NCBI GenBank assembly: GCA_012026655.1
Contig: JAAILG010000286.1
Span: 1-64,000 of the forward strand
Reading direction: 5' to 3'
Source: Hydrolagus affinis
Taxonomy: Eukaryota
Length of the DNA stretch: 64,000 nucleotides
Under the pieces are notes generated by a model. The model was not told the origin of the DNA, ran no database searches, and saw only the letters and a program-made list of their open reading frames with translations. Shown in pieces: positions 28,701 to 40,820 of this stretch (position 1 is its first letter; every line of letters starts with the position of its first letter). The translations under genes were made by a program, and so were the position numbers.

Positions 28701-31700
28701 TATTGTCAAATTCAGTGACTGTATTGTCTGTGCAGCAATATGTTACAGTCACTTCGCAAGCAAAATTCTAGTTGAATGGTGCTATCCAGCTTAGTAGTGA
28801 AGAATCCCCACCTTGGGCAAGATACCACAGTGCAGCCAGCATCTTCACAACTGTACCAAGCAAGCGGTAGTGCCATTAGATAAGGAGGTGGTGAGGAAAG
28901 TATAATTGGAAATTTTAGATAGCTCTTTCTGACGTTCTATTGTCACCTGAACTGAAGAGCCGATCGTTAATTAATTCCTTGTCAAGTGAAGCATCCTCAA
29001 CAGCTATATCCAGTGAGGAATATGGGCAATCTTTGCACTGTGAACCTTCATGAGCATTAACACAGAGTGAGTATATGGCATATTTGATGGCACTAAATGC
29101 TTGATAGAGCGTTAAGTTCCTTCTCTGAATCATGGCGAGTGATCCTACAACAAGAAGGCAGCATGTTAATAATGACTGAATACAAAGGCAATAGAATCTC
29201 CACGTCCCCCTACATGCAAGAGAATAACTAGATGAATTTTGACGGATGTACCATTTGTGCATTTCCTACTATCCAGATTTTTAAAAATCTGCATCAAATC
29301 AACTCACCCAATATTATCCTCTCAGTTCAATACAACATGACCATTTTAAGATGATTTAAACCATCGATATACAAACTGCATTACCATTGGAATTTTTTTC
29401 TTCAGTCCTCCCACTTAAAATACACGATGCACATCATATTCCCAGAATAAGTAAATTATTGAAATAAATTGAAAGAAACTTACTACTGTCCCCATAGAAA
29501 TTAGCTGGCTGTTTCTGAAGAAGGGCAGTGACATCTTTCACTTTCAATGCAGGAAGGTTGGTAAGGCGATTTAGACTGTACAATGCGGAATGGCAATCCA
29601 CACTGTACAGGTGCTGAATAAGATCCTCATTACGTATAATGTTGCTTGGGGATTTATGAAGAAAAGATCTCATCAAGAACAGAAACATGTCAAACATCTT
29701 TGGCTTATCATTAACAGTAGAATTTCTACACCCACAAATTACCAGTAAAAAGAAATGCAAATGTTCTTCTTGGAATCTATATGTTTTTGTGTAAATCAGT
29801 CTGACTCAATTGGCAGCATTATGGTCTACTGATGAAAGGTTTACAGGTTAAAGAACTATAATATTTATGTCAGGATTTGAACTGTTAATTTATGATAACA
29901 AGGTGGTACCAGTTAATTTATGGTAACAATGTGGTAAGAGTGCTGCACTGTTTGGACATACCGTCCTCCCAACTATGCAACAGTCCCTTAGCATTAGATA
30001 ACCATTCCTTCAATAATGGATTCAAATGAGGATTTATCCCACCAAGAAGAAACCGGTTTGCTTATGCCATCAATGTAAATGATATAGCACGCCAAAATGA
30101 ATAGAAAGGCTGGCAGGGAAAGAACATCAAGGAGATTACCTGTTCTGTTTCAAACACCATTCAAGGACTTCAATGTGAGTAGAAAGTGCACTACAGAAGT
30201 CTTGCAATACAGCATCATAACACAGCTCCTAAAGAAAGCACATTGCTCTGTTATCACAAAGTTGTGTTTTAAACACTTCCTAAACATAGTGCGATATACA
30301 AAATTAAACAAAGTGATTTCATGCCCCCAATCAATCATTTGAGACAAAGGCCAGCAACAAAAATGGTGATTTCAAATCTCTGGGGCCAGGAAGATGTTTT
30401 AGTGAACATGATACCCTCTGGCCCAGGATCTCACCATCACATTTTGGTAAAGACCCATGGGTTGTTTGCCCAGCAAAGGTGGGGTGGATGAGCGGGGATC
30501 GGGCAGCAAAAATGGCCTATAGACTTGCTCATTTACCTTCTGGAATCAGGTCTCTTCATAGCATTTATGCTGACACTATAAAATAGATGTAATCAAATCA
30601 CAACAAAAACCCATCTGATGCATAACTAGGGAAATTCACACCTTCACCAAAGTCGTGCTTACCTTGCCTTCATGGAGGGTGCGCAGGAGAGACTGAGCGG
30701 ATTCCAGACTTCGGCAGCAGGTCCATCCCAGCAACACCAGAAGACGTGAAAGGGGCTTAAACGTTCGCTTCAGCAGTTTGCTTAAAGTGCAGTAATTCTC
30801 ACGTTTTATTAACCCCAGACCGGTGATCTATCAAAATAAAAATTACGGTAACTGAAAATGTAAAAGTGCAATCTGCCAACCACATGCTCATAAAGCTTAA
30901 ATCTGCCTTTCATTCTGGCCCCAAGCTAATTGGTCAGTTGAAAATTAAAATGTAATTTATTGCAAAGCAGGAAAAATGCTCTACAAATGGCTTTGTGTTC
31001 AAATTCCAGTGCTGCTCCCACTGGCCCAGGCTACCAAACAGAACCTACAGTTAGTGTAGATTTAGTGGTGGAGAGGGATACTATCACTGCGCAATAATAA
31101 TGAGGCCTGAGGTTGATATGAAAGCAGTATCCTTAGTGAGAAAGTCACAAGACAAAAATTAAAGCAGGCTATAATTATCTAAAGCTTGGGATCAGATTAA
31201 TGCCCTATACTATATTTTTCATACTACTTACACTAGTGTAGCAATTTATTGTTGAGGAGTGAGCTGCTATTCAACGTCTGGTTATTTTTTGGTCACATAA
31301 CAGCTTTCGTAATATTTAGCTCCAGCATAAAACCACTTACACTGTCCTGCAAGTAGGCTCATTTGGGAAATATTTATATTTCCCACTTTGAATTTAAGTA
31401 GCACTTTTGATGTCGGGAGAATGTCTCAAAGCGCTTCACAAAGCCAACTGAGCACCAGTGCTAGATGCACTATTGCTGCATCCAGAGCATCCCAGGTAGC
31501 AAGCTCATGTGGGGCCCATATGGGCATGGATAAACCCAAATTGGCCCATATGAGGCCCATATGGGCTTGCTACCTGGGATAACACTTGTGGCAGTGAAGC
31601 TTTGACTGGACGTTACTTTCTACCCCAGTGAGAACCTAAGGAAGTATCTGCATTTTATAACAAGGAAGTGATACTTTCTCAGCAGTTGGATTTCTGAGAT

Positions 31701-34643
31701 TTCCCTCAAATATGAAAGTAATTTGAGTTTGCAGGTCCAAGAAAACAGAAGTTAATCGTGTGCAGCAACTCCACAGGAAACAGAAAGGCTTGGTCGTCTA
31801 TCAGAAACAAAGTGTGCATGTCATTGCCCACACAACAATAGCTCATCAACACAAAAAAAAGTACAGCATCCCCTTTGTTAATGTTGCTGCAATGTCCCTG
31901 TGCTAACAAAGGCCAATTTCAGTAGAAATTTGGCTTGGGTATAAATAATTCTACACCTTCTGAAACAGAATAATTATCTGTTATGAATATCTTTACAGCC
32001 ATTTTTAAGTATAGTAATCATGTTACTCAGCACTAGAAACCAGGTTTATCAAGCTCCTGGTTAGCCCAGGTCTGTACAACACCAGTGATATAAGCAAGGC
32101 AGAGCTACACCGGGGAGATGAGGAGGTATTGTATTTTGCAGACAATTCTTGACATGAACTTTTACTCCAGATGCTGTCATTAACTACACAAGCAAAATCA
32201 TGATATCCCATTCCCCCCCAGTCCCAGCACGTACCAGAACCTGTTCCAGGAAATGCTTACTGTTGCTTGTGCAGTAGAAGTAAGCTGTCTTCCAGGCAGA
32301 AGGTTCCTCTGAGTCTGTAAATAATGCCAGTGTCATCTTTTCAGCTTCTGAAACTTCAAGAGAAGCTGAAAACAAAAAGGAGGGAAAGGTTAAAATAGAC
32401 CTAAAGTGATTAAACACCAAACAAAATTGGTAAGATTACTGAAAGTTTCTGACCAGCCTCCCACCTAATGCAATATGTATCCTGGCTATTGCTTACACTG
32501 GACTAGAGGGTCACTGGCACAAAATCTCTGCATGAATCACTGACCAGGAAATACACAAAGAATGGGGGTGTGGGGGGGCAGAAATTGGGAACGCAATTGA
32601 TGAAAATTGACTTGACAAAGGCTTTATAAATGTGTGATTTGCAAAGCATCTGTCTGGAAAACATTCCCAATGAAAGCTCCTGCAAAAATGTTAACACATT
32701 TTTCACTTCCAGGTGCTAATTGACCCACAATTTCCACTCTTGACTGATTGTCTTCCATTACTAACATTCAACATGGGGTGGGTTGAGGTGGGGTGGGGGG
32801 GGGAGGAGGAAGAGGAAAGAGAAAAATGGTTGAGCTAAAAATGAGAGAGGACTGTAGAACATTACCTTCTTCAGTTAGCATCTGTGTCAGGAGCTTCTCT
32901 TTTTTCTTGTCAGTAGCTACAGTAGTGTACAAACTGATCAGAGCATGATCCTGGTTCCGCAGCATACAACCAAGTAATTGCTCTTCATTCAATCCACACT
33001 CTACTGTACATACGGCATCATAGAGCTCTTCACACAACTGTCGTAGTTCACACAACTGCTTTTCCACATTGAAAGTTAGCAAGGAAACAACCAAATAGAT
33101 TTGTTTCACAGTACATTCGCGCCCACCCGAGGTAGACCCATCTTCAGGGTCCTTCAGAGAACACAAGGCATTCCTCAGGAAGTCAACAAATTGTTTCTGC
33201 AGTGTGTAGTTGTATTCTACAGCAACAATGTCTGGGTTTTCAATCAGTAAGTAAGCAACCACAGCCTGCATGAGGCGAGGATGCCTGGGCAATAGGTGCT
33301 GCAAGAAGGACAATGCCTCCAGACTTAGTTGAGAGCAATTCCAGTTCTTTTCCACGACCAGATCGAGGTTATGACAATTCAAAAAGGCACCATACAGCTC
33401 CTACACAGAGAAAGTAGATAATCACATTGCAGAGCACACCCTGTTCTGTTAATATGAACAAAAGCATATTAATTTGGGAATAGCAGCCAAGCTCAGTTGG
33501 TAACACTCCCGCCTCCAAGTCAGAGGGCTCTGGGTTCACGCTTTATTCTGCTGTTGGCCATGCTCAATAAGGACACTCTACATCAAAAATGGAAAGCACT
33601 TCATCAGAAATGCCATCATCAGAATTGCGTATGGCCAAGGAACCAGCTGGACTTGAGGCATATTAGTGCCGGACCCACATGTTTGAACGAGTCACTTCCA
33701 GTAAAGTGAAGGTTGTCAGAACATCAAAATAGTATGGCAGAATTACCTTTATTACATCTTGTGAGACCTCAGGTTGCAATTGTTCCAGAAGTAGAAAGAA
33801 TTCAATCTTTCTTCTGGCAAACGACGGAAGCAGCATCTGTTGCAACAAAACATACATTTAAGTACGTTAGGGTCACAATTCTGAATAATAGTGTATCTGG
33901 CAATGAAATAGAAAAGCAACATTACATTACAAACAGTTCACAGAAATTCTTCAATTATAAAGGTACGCCATTACCTCCTGATCTTGTGGCCACCATCGTT
34001 CCACCTCTAGTAGCCACAACCAGGCAAGATGGTGAGGACTAGAAGTGGACTCCCACCTGCACCAAAAACATGTAAAACACAAGCATATAACTCTCAGGCA
34101 TCATTCCAAGTAAGGTTTTAATGTTGAAACATCCTCCCGGCGTGAAAGGCGCTCTACAAATGTCATTTGGTTGTTGGTTTTGTTGTTATTATTTGTTTAA
34201 CAATAGTATCATTAAACTATAGCCGAACCATACTGAGATCAGCTCACTCAGCAGAATCCAGAATTTCAACCTTCTACATGATCAAGTACTGCACCAAGTA
34301 GTGTTTTTATTCAAAAGATCAAACAGTCAACCAACACTTACTGCCCTCACAGACAGTCATAGAAATGCTGCCAAGACAAATAGAACCATATGCCTGCACA
34401 AGACAGCTTTGAAATGTTGCAACGAAATTGAATACGGTATTGAAACTCTCACCTTAGCTTGTAAGGACAGGCTACTATTGCCTGAAGAATTTCTTTCACT
34501 AGCTCTGCTCCACCACCTTGCCATTGCCTCAGTTGAGGTACACAGGCCAGTGCCAGGTCCCATTGTCCTTGGCGTAAGCATTCGCAGAAGAACACGAAAA
34601 GTCTCTCCAATGAGTCCTCTTCCTCTCTCCCAAATGGATGCAT
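4762..34643 (-). CDS. ZFYVE26: Zinc finger FYVE domain-containing protein 26 (spastizin, SPG15); 41 coding exons, about 2573 aa (2578 aa if the upstream ATG at 34658 is used)
   Basis: Exons in transcript order, all phase-compatible: 34643-34453, 34056-33975, 33836-33747, 33400-32866, 32365-32235, 30827-30663, 30228-30140, 29644-29484, 29144-28947, 28548-27865, 27368-27276, 26576-26511, 25974-25823, 25130-24941, 24792-24529, 23830-23711, 23127-22966, 22590-22363, 21704-21599, 21158-20413, 20180-19981, 19659-19555, 18463-18341, 17982-17806, 16802-16553, 15137-15039, 14919-14753, 13422-13289, 12929-12898, 12699-12563, 11708-11488, 11249-11102, 10711-10502, 9878-9660, 9504-9307, 9195-8990, 8631-8493, 8156-8097, 7877-7695, 5997-5947, 4971-4762 (7722 nt). 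The N-terminus MHPFGREEE..FFCECLRQGQWDLALACVPQL, the FYVE domain and the C-terminal YRSAYLVAVK all match recalled vertebrate spastizin. Confidence 0.97.
5066..5578 (+). mobile_element. L2/LINE2-clade retrotransposon 3' fragment
   Basis: Decayed ORF2 C-terminal motif RIQFKILVLTFKVLHGFTPPYL, followed by the 3' stem-loop tail ..gccttgggacgttctcctgaagtgaaaggtgctatacaagtgtaatt(ttg)n. Confidence 0.85.
13289..14812 (-). other. ZFYVE26: FYVE zinc-finger coding segment of ZFYVE26 (split over exons 14919-14753 and 13422-13289)
   Basis: Translation WVPDDDAVLCMVCWKERFTM|FNRRHHCRRCGRVVCNSCSSNKMVVEDCRENPARVCDQCY contains the WxxD, RRHHCR and RVC PI3P-binding signatures and the Cys pairs. Confidence 0.93.
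17317..17340 (+). repeat. (AG)n microsatellite (CA/TG runs also at about 21315-21332, 35382-35402, 35653-35670, 42146-42167)
   Basis: Directly visible dinucleotide runs. Confidence 0.9.
17660..17755 (+). mobile_element. Penelope-associated repeat fragment with a degenerate hammerhead-like core
   Basis: ctgatgaagggtc..tctccataaatgctgcctgacctgctgactgtttccagcaacttctgttttt resembles a recalled common shark repeat; the GAAA motif is missing. Confidence 0.45.
24335..24392 (+). mobile_element. CR1-clade LINE 3' tail
   Basis: gcaggcttgatgggccgaatggcctactcctgttcctatttcttatgt is a typical cartilaginous-fish CR1 3' end. Confidence 0.65.
25295..25750 (+). mobile_element. Old, decayed DeuSINE (SacSINE1/AmnSINE1-like)
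   Basis: Recognisable blocks gcactgcattgttgg, gtcctgtctgcctgttcagg, aaagatcccatg, and tail aggcgatctatcaaatgca. Confidence 0.5.
31491..31578. mobile_element. 88-nt hairpin MITE with CCCAG...CTGGG termini and an apparent AT target-site duplication (EnSpm/CACTA-like)
   Basis: CCCAGGTAGCAAGCTCATGTGGGGCCCATATGGGC ... GCCCATATGAGGCCCATATGGGCTTGCTACCTGGG: 35-nt arms with 4 differences, flanked by AT on both sides; lies in ZFYVE26 intron 6. Confidence 0.65.
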
Positions 34644-36117
34644 TTTGTTAGATGTCATTCCAAGGACCAGGCACAATAGAAAGGTTTCCTTTGGCAAAAT
34701 AGTTTTTAAAAATATTTTAGAATAATCAACCATTTACAATATATTGTCTAATCTTTTCATCCATTATCCTTTTACCTTAATTACCAAATGGTAAATGAAA
34801 GAAGCTTTTGAATTTAGCGGTGGCCGGGAACATTGTAAAATATAATACAGCCCTGAGAATTGCTGCACATATAGCAAAGCAGGCAAAAAGGCACGTACAT
34901 GTTGAACAATCAAGAATATTCTCACTTCTCACAATTGACAGCACTTGTTGCTCTTTTGTGTTTACTAGAATTTTGTTTCAAATCAGTTCCCTCATTTTAC
35001 AGATCCAGTTACAAATCAAACTTTACTTACTAAAGTATTCATTGAAGCATTGATTAAATATTGCAAAGATTGTCATTGAAGGTTCTTCCCATTTTTAATG
35101 TTTCCCAAAGGGAAACAAACTGAATCATCTTCCCTGTCCCACAGTCCCACTGCTCATGTTCTATCAGACAACTTGAAGAAATGTCAGTGAAGAATTGAGC
35201 AAATTACACTCACAATAGATGTTATGAGCAGAGCAGCTCATATAGATGTAAATACTGAACTTAGATTGTCACAGGGTGTTAGACAATATGTATCCCTGTA
35301 GCTTTTATCTGTTTATCTCCTCCACTAGGAAAGAGATAAACTGATAAAGTCCCAAATAGTTTGTCTTTAACTGAGTAAATCACACACACACACACACACA
35401 CATCAATGATCTAAGCTAAAGCATCAGTGAAGCCACAACAACATTCCTGCGTTGAGAATGGGTGAAAATAATGAACCTGTGTTTACCACTGATCAGAATC
35501 CAGTGAATTCCGTTGGACATGGTGTGGCTGACAGTTGTAGACAGAAATCAGGCTCAGTTATGATGCCCCTTCTTCACCAGTCAAAAACAAATTCAGTAAT
35601 TTCAGGGATATGCACATGAAGTATGAAATCCACTATCTAGTCAACGAGATGCTGTGTGTGTGTGTGTGTGGTGGGAGGCGGGGGCAGAAAGAAAGGGACA
35701 CAGAACAAGTGAAATCTCTTGAACCACCACCATTTCCAGATACCCTGTGTTGAGAACTATGCCCTGTGAAGCGATGGGCATCAAAAACCATGGGGTACAT
35801 CTGTGTCTAAGTGGGGATGGGGAGGGGGGGGGGTGTCTTTTTTTTATTTACAAACAAATTGTAATACTTCAGTGACATATCAAATAAAACATAAAATTGG
35901 AGCATTTGAGTTGAACCAAATTTCTGTTCGGCTTTAACCTCAGGTACTGACAGTAACAGAGTCCGGAGTCCATTCACTATGGCCAGAGCGTTTAGAAGCC
36001 GGTTCTCAAATCGCAGGCGCCCGCCCGGGAGGTTGCTGTCCGCTTGTTATTAGCGGCTGTTAGGCTGTAGACATTCACGCCTCGATTCGGTGACATAACT
36101 GCAATAGAGTTCCTTAC

Positions 36118-36350
36118 TTGATGCCAAGGGGGAGAGAGGGGCAGCGGTTCCGCCGGATCCTGGCTCTGTGGGTGTGGGTGTGAGCGGCAGGGACAGGCCC
36201 AGGCCCCCGGCCCCTGTGCTCACCTCCTGCTCCTGCTCCTCCGCCGCTTCTCCTCCGCCATGGACACGAGTCATGTGACACCGCCCCCTCCTGTGTCACC
36301 TGATCCGCGGCTTCTGCTGCCGGGAGGGGAGGGGGTCACGGGTCACCGCT
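36118..36350 (-). promoter_or_regulatory. ZFYVE26: CpG/GC-rich promoter and 5'UTR first exon of ZFYVE26
   Basis: GC/CpG-rich island about 1.5 kb upstream of the first coding exon. Candidate donors GTGAGC (exon end 36224) and GTAAGG (exon end 36118). YY1-like CCGCCAT at 36255-36261, GC box at 36281-36288, GTCATGTGAC at 36270-36279, GTCACCTGAT at 36295-36304. Confidence 0.7.
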
Positions 36351-36496
36351 CACTGAGGCGTCTCCAGGGCAACAAGAGACCAACCCCACATCCGGGCCTG
36401 GGGAAGGGAGGAAGGGGGAGAGACACACACACAGAGGAAAGAAACATAGAGAGATACAGGGAGAAACACGGAGAATGAGAAACACATACACTCAAC

Positions 36497-36875
36497 ACCA
36501 ACAAAATTACACTTGTGTAGGACGCCCTCCTTTCACATCAGGAGGGCGTCCCAAGGCGCTGGACAGTCATTGTTTCAGACCCGCGCTGAGGTCGGGGAGG
36601 ATGGAGGGAAAGGGGGTTATTGGGGTGACCCGACGGGACCGTCGAAGAGGAGGGTCTCGAGGCGAGACATGAAGGAGGCTAGGGAGGGGTGGGGGGGCGA
36701 GCCGGAGGGACTGCGGGATGGAGTTCCAGAGATTGGGGGCAGAGTGGCTGAAGGCTCGTCCGCCGAGGGTGGGGCGGGGGACGTGGAGCAGGCCAGAGCC
36801 TGCTGAGTGGAGGGGGCAAGGCAGGTTGGTAGGGGATTAGGAGGTCGCAGAGGTAGGGTGGGGAGAGGCCATAAG
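36497..36875 (-). mobile_element. L2-clade LINE 3' fragment (GC/CpG-rich) directly upstream of the ZFYVE26 promoter
   Basis: Reverse-complement match to the 5066-5578 copy, with a GLSPPYLCDLL motif and the same tail. Confidence 0.85.
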
Positions 36876-38917
36876 GGAGAGACAGAGAAAAAAGTCCAAA
36901 CAACTTTAGGAGAGAACATTTGCAGAGACAAATCAGTAACCAGCTTCAACACCAGCCTAAATTGGGTTATAATCAAACCACCAATATAAAATTGAATGTA
37001 ATAGACTTCACTGTATAACTTCTTGTTCAAAAGCCAAATAAGTAGTCATTTCTCAACTGCACGTCAAATGTGGTCGTTTTTCAAGACTTTGCCCCTTTGA
37101 AATCATTAACAAACTTGACATTTGTTGTTTTATTTGCTTTTTGATGTTTGATGTTACCCAGAAGTCAAGATTTGCGATTCTTCTGAAGTGAACTAAGTAA
37201 TTTTCTCCATAATCAGCCAAACCAATCTTCAGAACATCTTAATTCAATCATCTTGACTAATGCACCCCTCCCCCCCCCTCCCCAAATACTCAAGATGACT
37301 GCAATAACTTGCAAGGCTTAGGAACTACATTTTCATTAAATCATTATTAAACAAGTGTTTACTGAATTTCAAAGTATTTATCAAGCTGAATCAGAAAAAA
37401 ATGTTTCCTGCAATCCACTCATTTTTTCTAAAACTGACATATTCAGGAGTACTTGTGTCTATCTATAACTCAGCCATGAGAGGTTGTGATTTCAGTGGTG
37501 CTACAAACTAAAGAAGGCTTACACTACAGCTTCCAGAGACCTGGGTACAACTCATAATATGTGGTTTATTCTTTCGCCTCTGAAATAGGGCAAAAATATA
37601 ATAATATTTCCATTTTAAATGTAATCTTTAATTCCATAATATTTTTCCAATCTACAGGCCAACAATACAGATTTTTCATCTCTATTCTGGGGAGGAATGT
37701 GACCAAAATAGCATTGCAATTTGTAACTTGTCTCAAAGATGTGATCCTCAATAGAAAACAAAATAAAACATATGAAGTGATACCTTGTAGCGTATATGGA
37801 AAATTTGGGAGTACTGTACAGTACAGAGATAGGCCTTCCAACAGCAGCAACAACATCCAAATTACATTTGTAACACCTTAGAGATTTTTTTTGCAGTGAT
37901 GCTCAAACTAGGACACCATGTACAGAGTACTGTGTGACTTTAGCATGAATCATGCCTTTTGTTTGAGCAATGTAATTAATATATTTTTAACCATTTTAAA
38001 GGCATCACTTTTTCACAAAATTTGTGGGCAGATCAATCTCCTATAGCCCACCATTGATTCAGTTACTGGAAGGATGCCACATTTGCATGATTTTGATTCC
38101 ATATTGAAGAAATATTGAAAAATATTTTTTATTTCTATTATAGTTTTGTAAATATATCCTATTTTTATTTACACATTGATCAGAAAGTAGGTTGAACAAT
38201 ATTTTTTATTCCCTGAGCTTGTTCTAAATGAATGTACCGTAGTCCAGTTGACCCCAGTAAGCAAGAACATATACTGTCTACACAGTATAATGCATTTCTG
38301 CATTTTGCAGTTTACTGAATACAGATACAAATGAAAGAGTTACATCTAAAATGATGTGGATCAGTTTGGTTCCCTGAATTACTTTTTGGGAAAAGCCAAA
38401 CTGGAAAAGCTAAAAACTATTTTTAGTCATGAGATTTGTTCAGCTAAACACATTTGATTCCATGCCAGAGAGTATAATTGCATCCACATTCTATAATTGG
38501 AAGTGAACTGGTGCCAAGTCAACCTCAGACTAGGAACATTTCATAGTGCAACATAGTGTGGGAAACTTGAATGTTTATCCTAAATGATTATTCCTTCCAC
38601 TCTTGTATGACTCAGAGCATTGGATTCATTTCAGCATTGGTTTCTTGATTCTGAGAACGTCCAGAACCAGGCAGCAAAACATGCAGTGAAACTTTAATAC
38701 TCGTGGCTCTCTACCCTGCCCTAAGGAACCCAAGCCAACCATGTATGTCCACCGAGAAGATAGACCAGACCTCCATTTAGTCTGCTCTGCAGTCAGCTAT
38801 TTGGAGGTGCAAGAGAAGCCAGATTTTCCACCCCCCACAACACACACACATAAAGCAACACTTCGGACACAAAGAATTTCTCATGACTTAACTGTTAAGT
38901 CGTGTTAAACCTGATTT

Positions 38918-39075
38918 CACTGGCTTTCCATCACACAGAATATACAGTTCAAGATCCTGGTGCTCACCTTCATAACCCTCCATGGCCTTGCTCCCTGCTA
39001 TCACTATAACCTCCTAACCCCCACTGACTTGCCCGCTCTTTCCACTCATCAGGCTCCAGCCTGCTTCATGTCCAT
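38918..39075 (+). mobile_element. L2-clade LINE ORF2 fragment
   Basis: cactggctttccatcac..cagttcaagatcctggtgctcaccttcataaccctccatggccttgctccc, similar to the 5170-5300 segment. Confidence 0.75.
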
Positions 39076-40530
39076 CACTTGTGAAGTGAGTGCTCTAATC
39101 ACTGAGTCACAAGACTCTTCAGGTACTAACTGGGTGTAAGGTATAAAACCACAGAAACCCGTAGCCCTTTATTACCTCACCAACTTACTGGCTCTTTACA
39201 TGAGTTCAGGCAGTGACTGTTAGTAGGCAATTTGTCTGTGAAAGGAACCAAGCTGAGCTGATCATGTCGTTATCCAACATCTCCAAACCAGCCAAGGTCA
39301 CTGCATTGAAATAAAACACCTCAGAAGTGAAATTCAAATGCTTTCTAAAAATCCAAGTACATCATAGTATATCCTTCACCACGACTCAGTTATCTTCTCA
39401 GACATTCCTGTAAGTTTGTGAGGCATGACCTTTTGCTCCTAAAAACCTTGTTGACTTTCCCTTACCTCCTGCATTCTCCAACTGAACCCTACCAACCAGC
39501 TCCTCAGCATTTCCCCCTGCATAAATTATATTAACCGGTTGTAAATTCTCTAATTTACGTTCATCTCCTTGTTTGTTTAAATGCAAGGGTTAAATGAACT
39601 ATCAACAGACCCAGCTTTCATGGACAAACTGAAAATATTAACTAGAGCCTCATCTATTTCCTTGCAAATTCTCAAGTGTAACCATTTGGTCCAGTTACCC
39701 AAAAGACATGTAATTGCTTTCAGTTTCTTCATATGGATGTCTCATTGATATATACAATTGTTAGATTCCAAACAGTTTAACTAAACCTGGGATGTTATGT
39801 GTATAATTAATTTCACACATCTGCCACTTCCTAATCCCATTTCTATTCAAATTATTCTTTAAAATATATTATTATTATTAAAGAATAATCAACTCTTCAT
39901 TGGTCTACTTACTTTGTACACAACTAAACATTTTCTTTGGGATCTCGTATTGCTATTCACAGTTGAACTTTGCATTATCCCCTTTCCTTCAAATGCTTTA
40001 CTTGAGACACCGTGAATTCAATTGCTTCCCGGACTTGAAGACTGGATTCTGGTCTCCATTCTAGGAGATATTTATTCCTAGGTGTAGACCAGTTCCTCTT
40101 TCATCACTGGGACTAATACATTGGCATTTCGTTTTGTTTAATAAACCATTTAATAAATTAACTTTATTTAATATATTAAATAAATAACATTTTACAGTAA
40201 TTAATGTGAATAATTTGAGACAATTCAAATATACGGTACAATAACAAGGCAAATGTTTGCTTTCCTTGTTTATTATCTTTATACATAAGCTCTCCTGGTT
40301 TGGATTCTGTGCTCGACCTCTCGTATTTTTTTTCAATATTATTTATAGTGTCTGTCTCGGTTTCCATGTTATGTCCCTCTCATCTCGTGTGATGTTGTTT
40401 CTGGCACTAACTCTTGAGTGGCAAGCTTCTGTCTTAATCTCATTATCTGCCTCTCTCCATGCTGCTCAGAAGTGAACCATCATATGTTTTTGGATGTATT
40501 TCTGGCTATTTCCGGTCAAAATCATCCTGC

Positions 40531-40630
40531 NNNNNNNNNNNNNNNNNNNNNNNNNNNNNNNNNNNNNNNNNNNNNNNNNNNNNNNNNNNNNNNNNNNNNN
40601 NNNNNNNNNNNNNNNNNNNNNNNNNNNNNN
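40531..40630. other. Assembly gap (100 N)
   Basis: Run of exactly 100 n; the true size is unknown. Confidence 0.99.
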
Positions 40631-40820
40631 AAAAAAATCCCCTGAACAAAAATGCATTTGAAGAAAACAAAAGAAAAGGCAGCACAGTGGGAGCTTATTC
40701 AAACAAGTCTCTGGAGTTTACTCATTCCAGCAAGTCTCCCCAGATAGTAGAGACCCAGGTGACACGTCCTGCTCCTTCTTCACACACGGATTGTCTTTCT
40801 GTACGTGGTTGAAGTATCTC

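Noticed and set aside
36900-40530. RAD51B first exons expected head-to-head with ZFYVE26
   Set aside because: No RAD51B-like peptide was found by eye; only AT-rich intergenic DNA and an L2 fragment.
40418-40812. ORFs spanning the N run
   Set aside because: These are artefacts of translating through the assembly gap.
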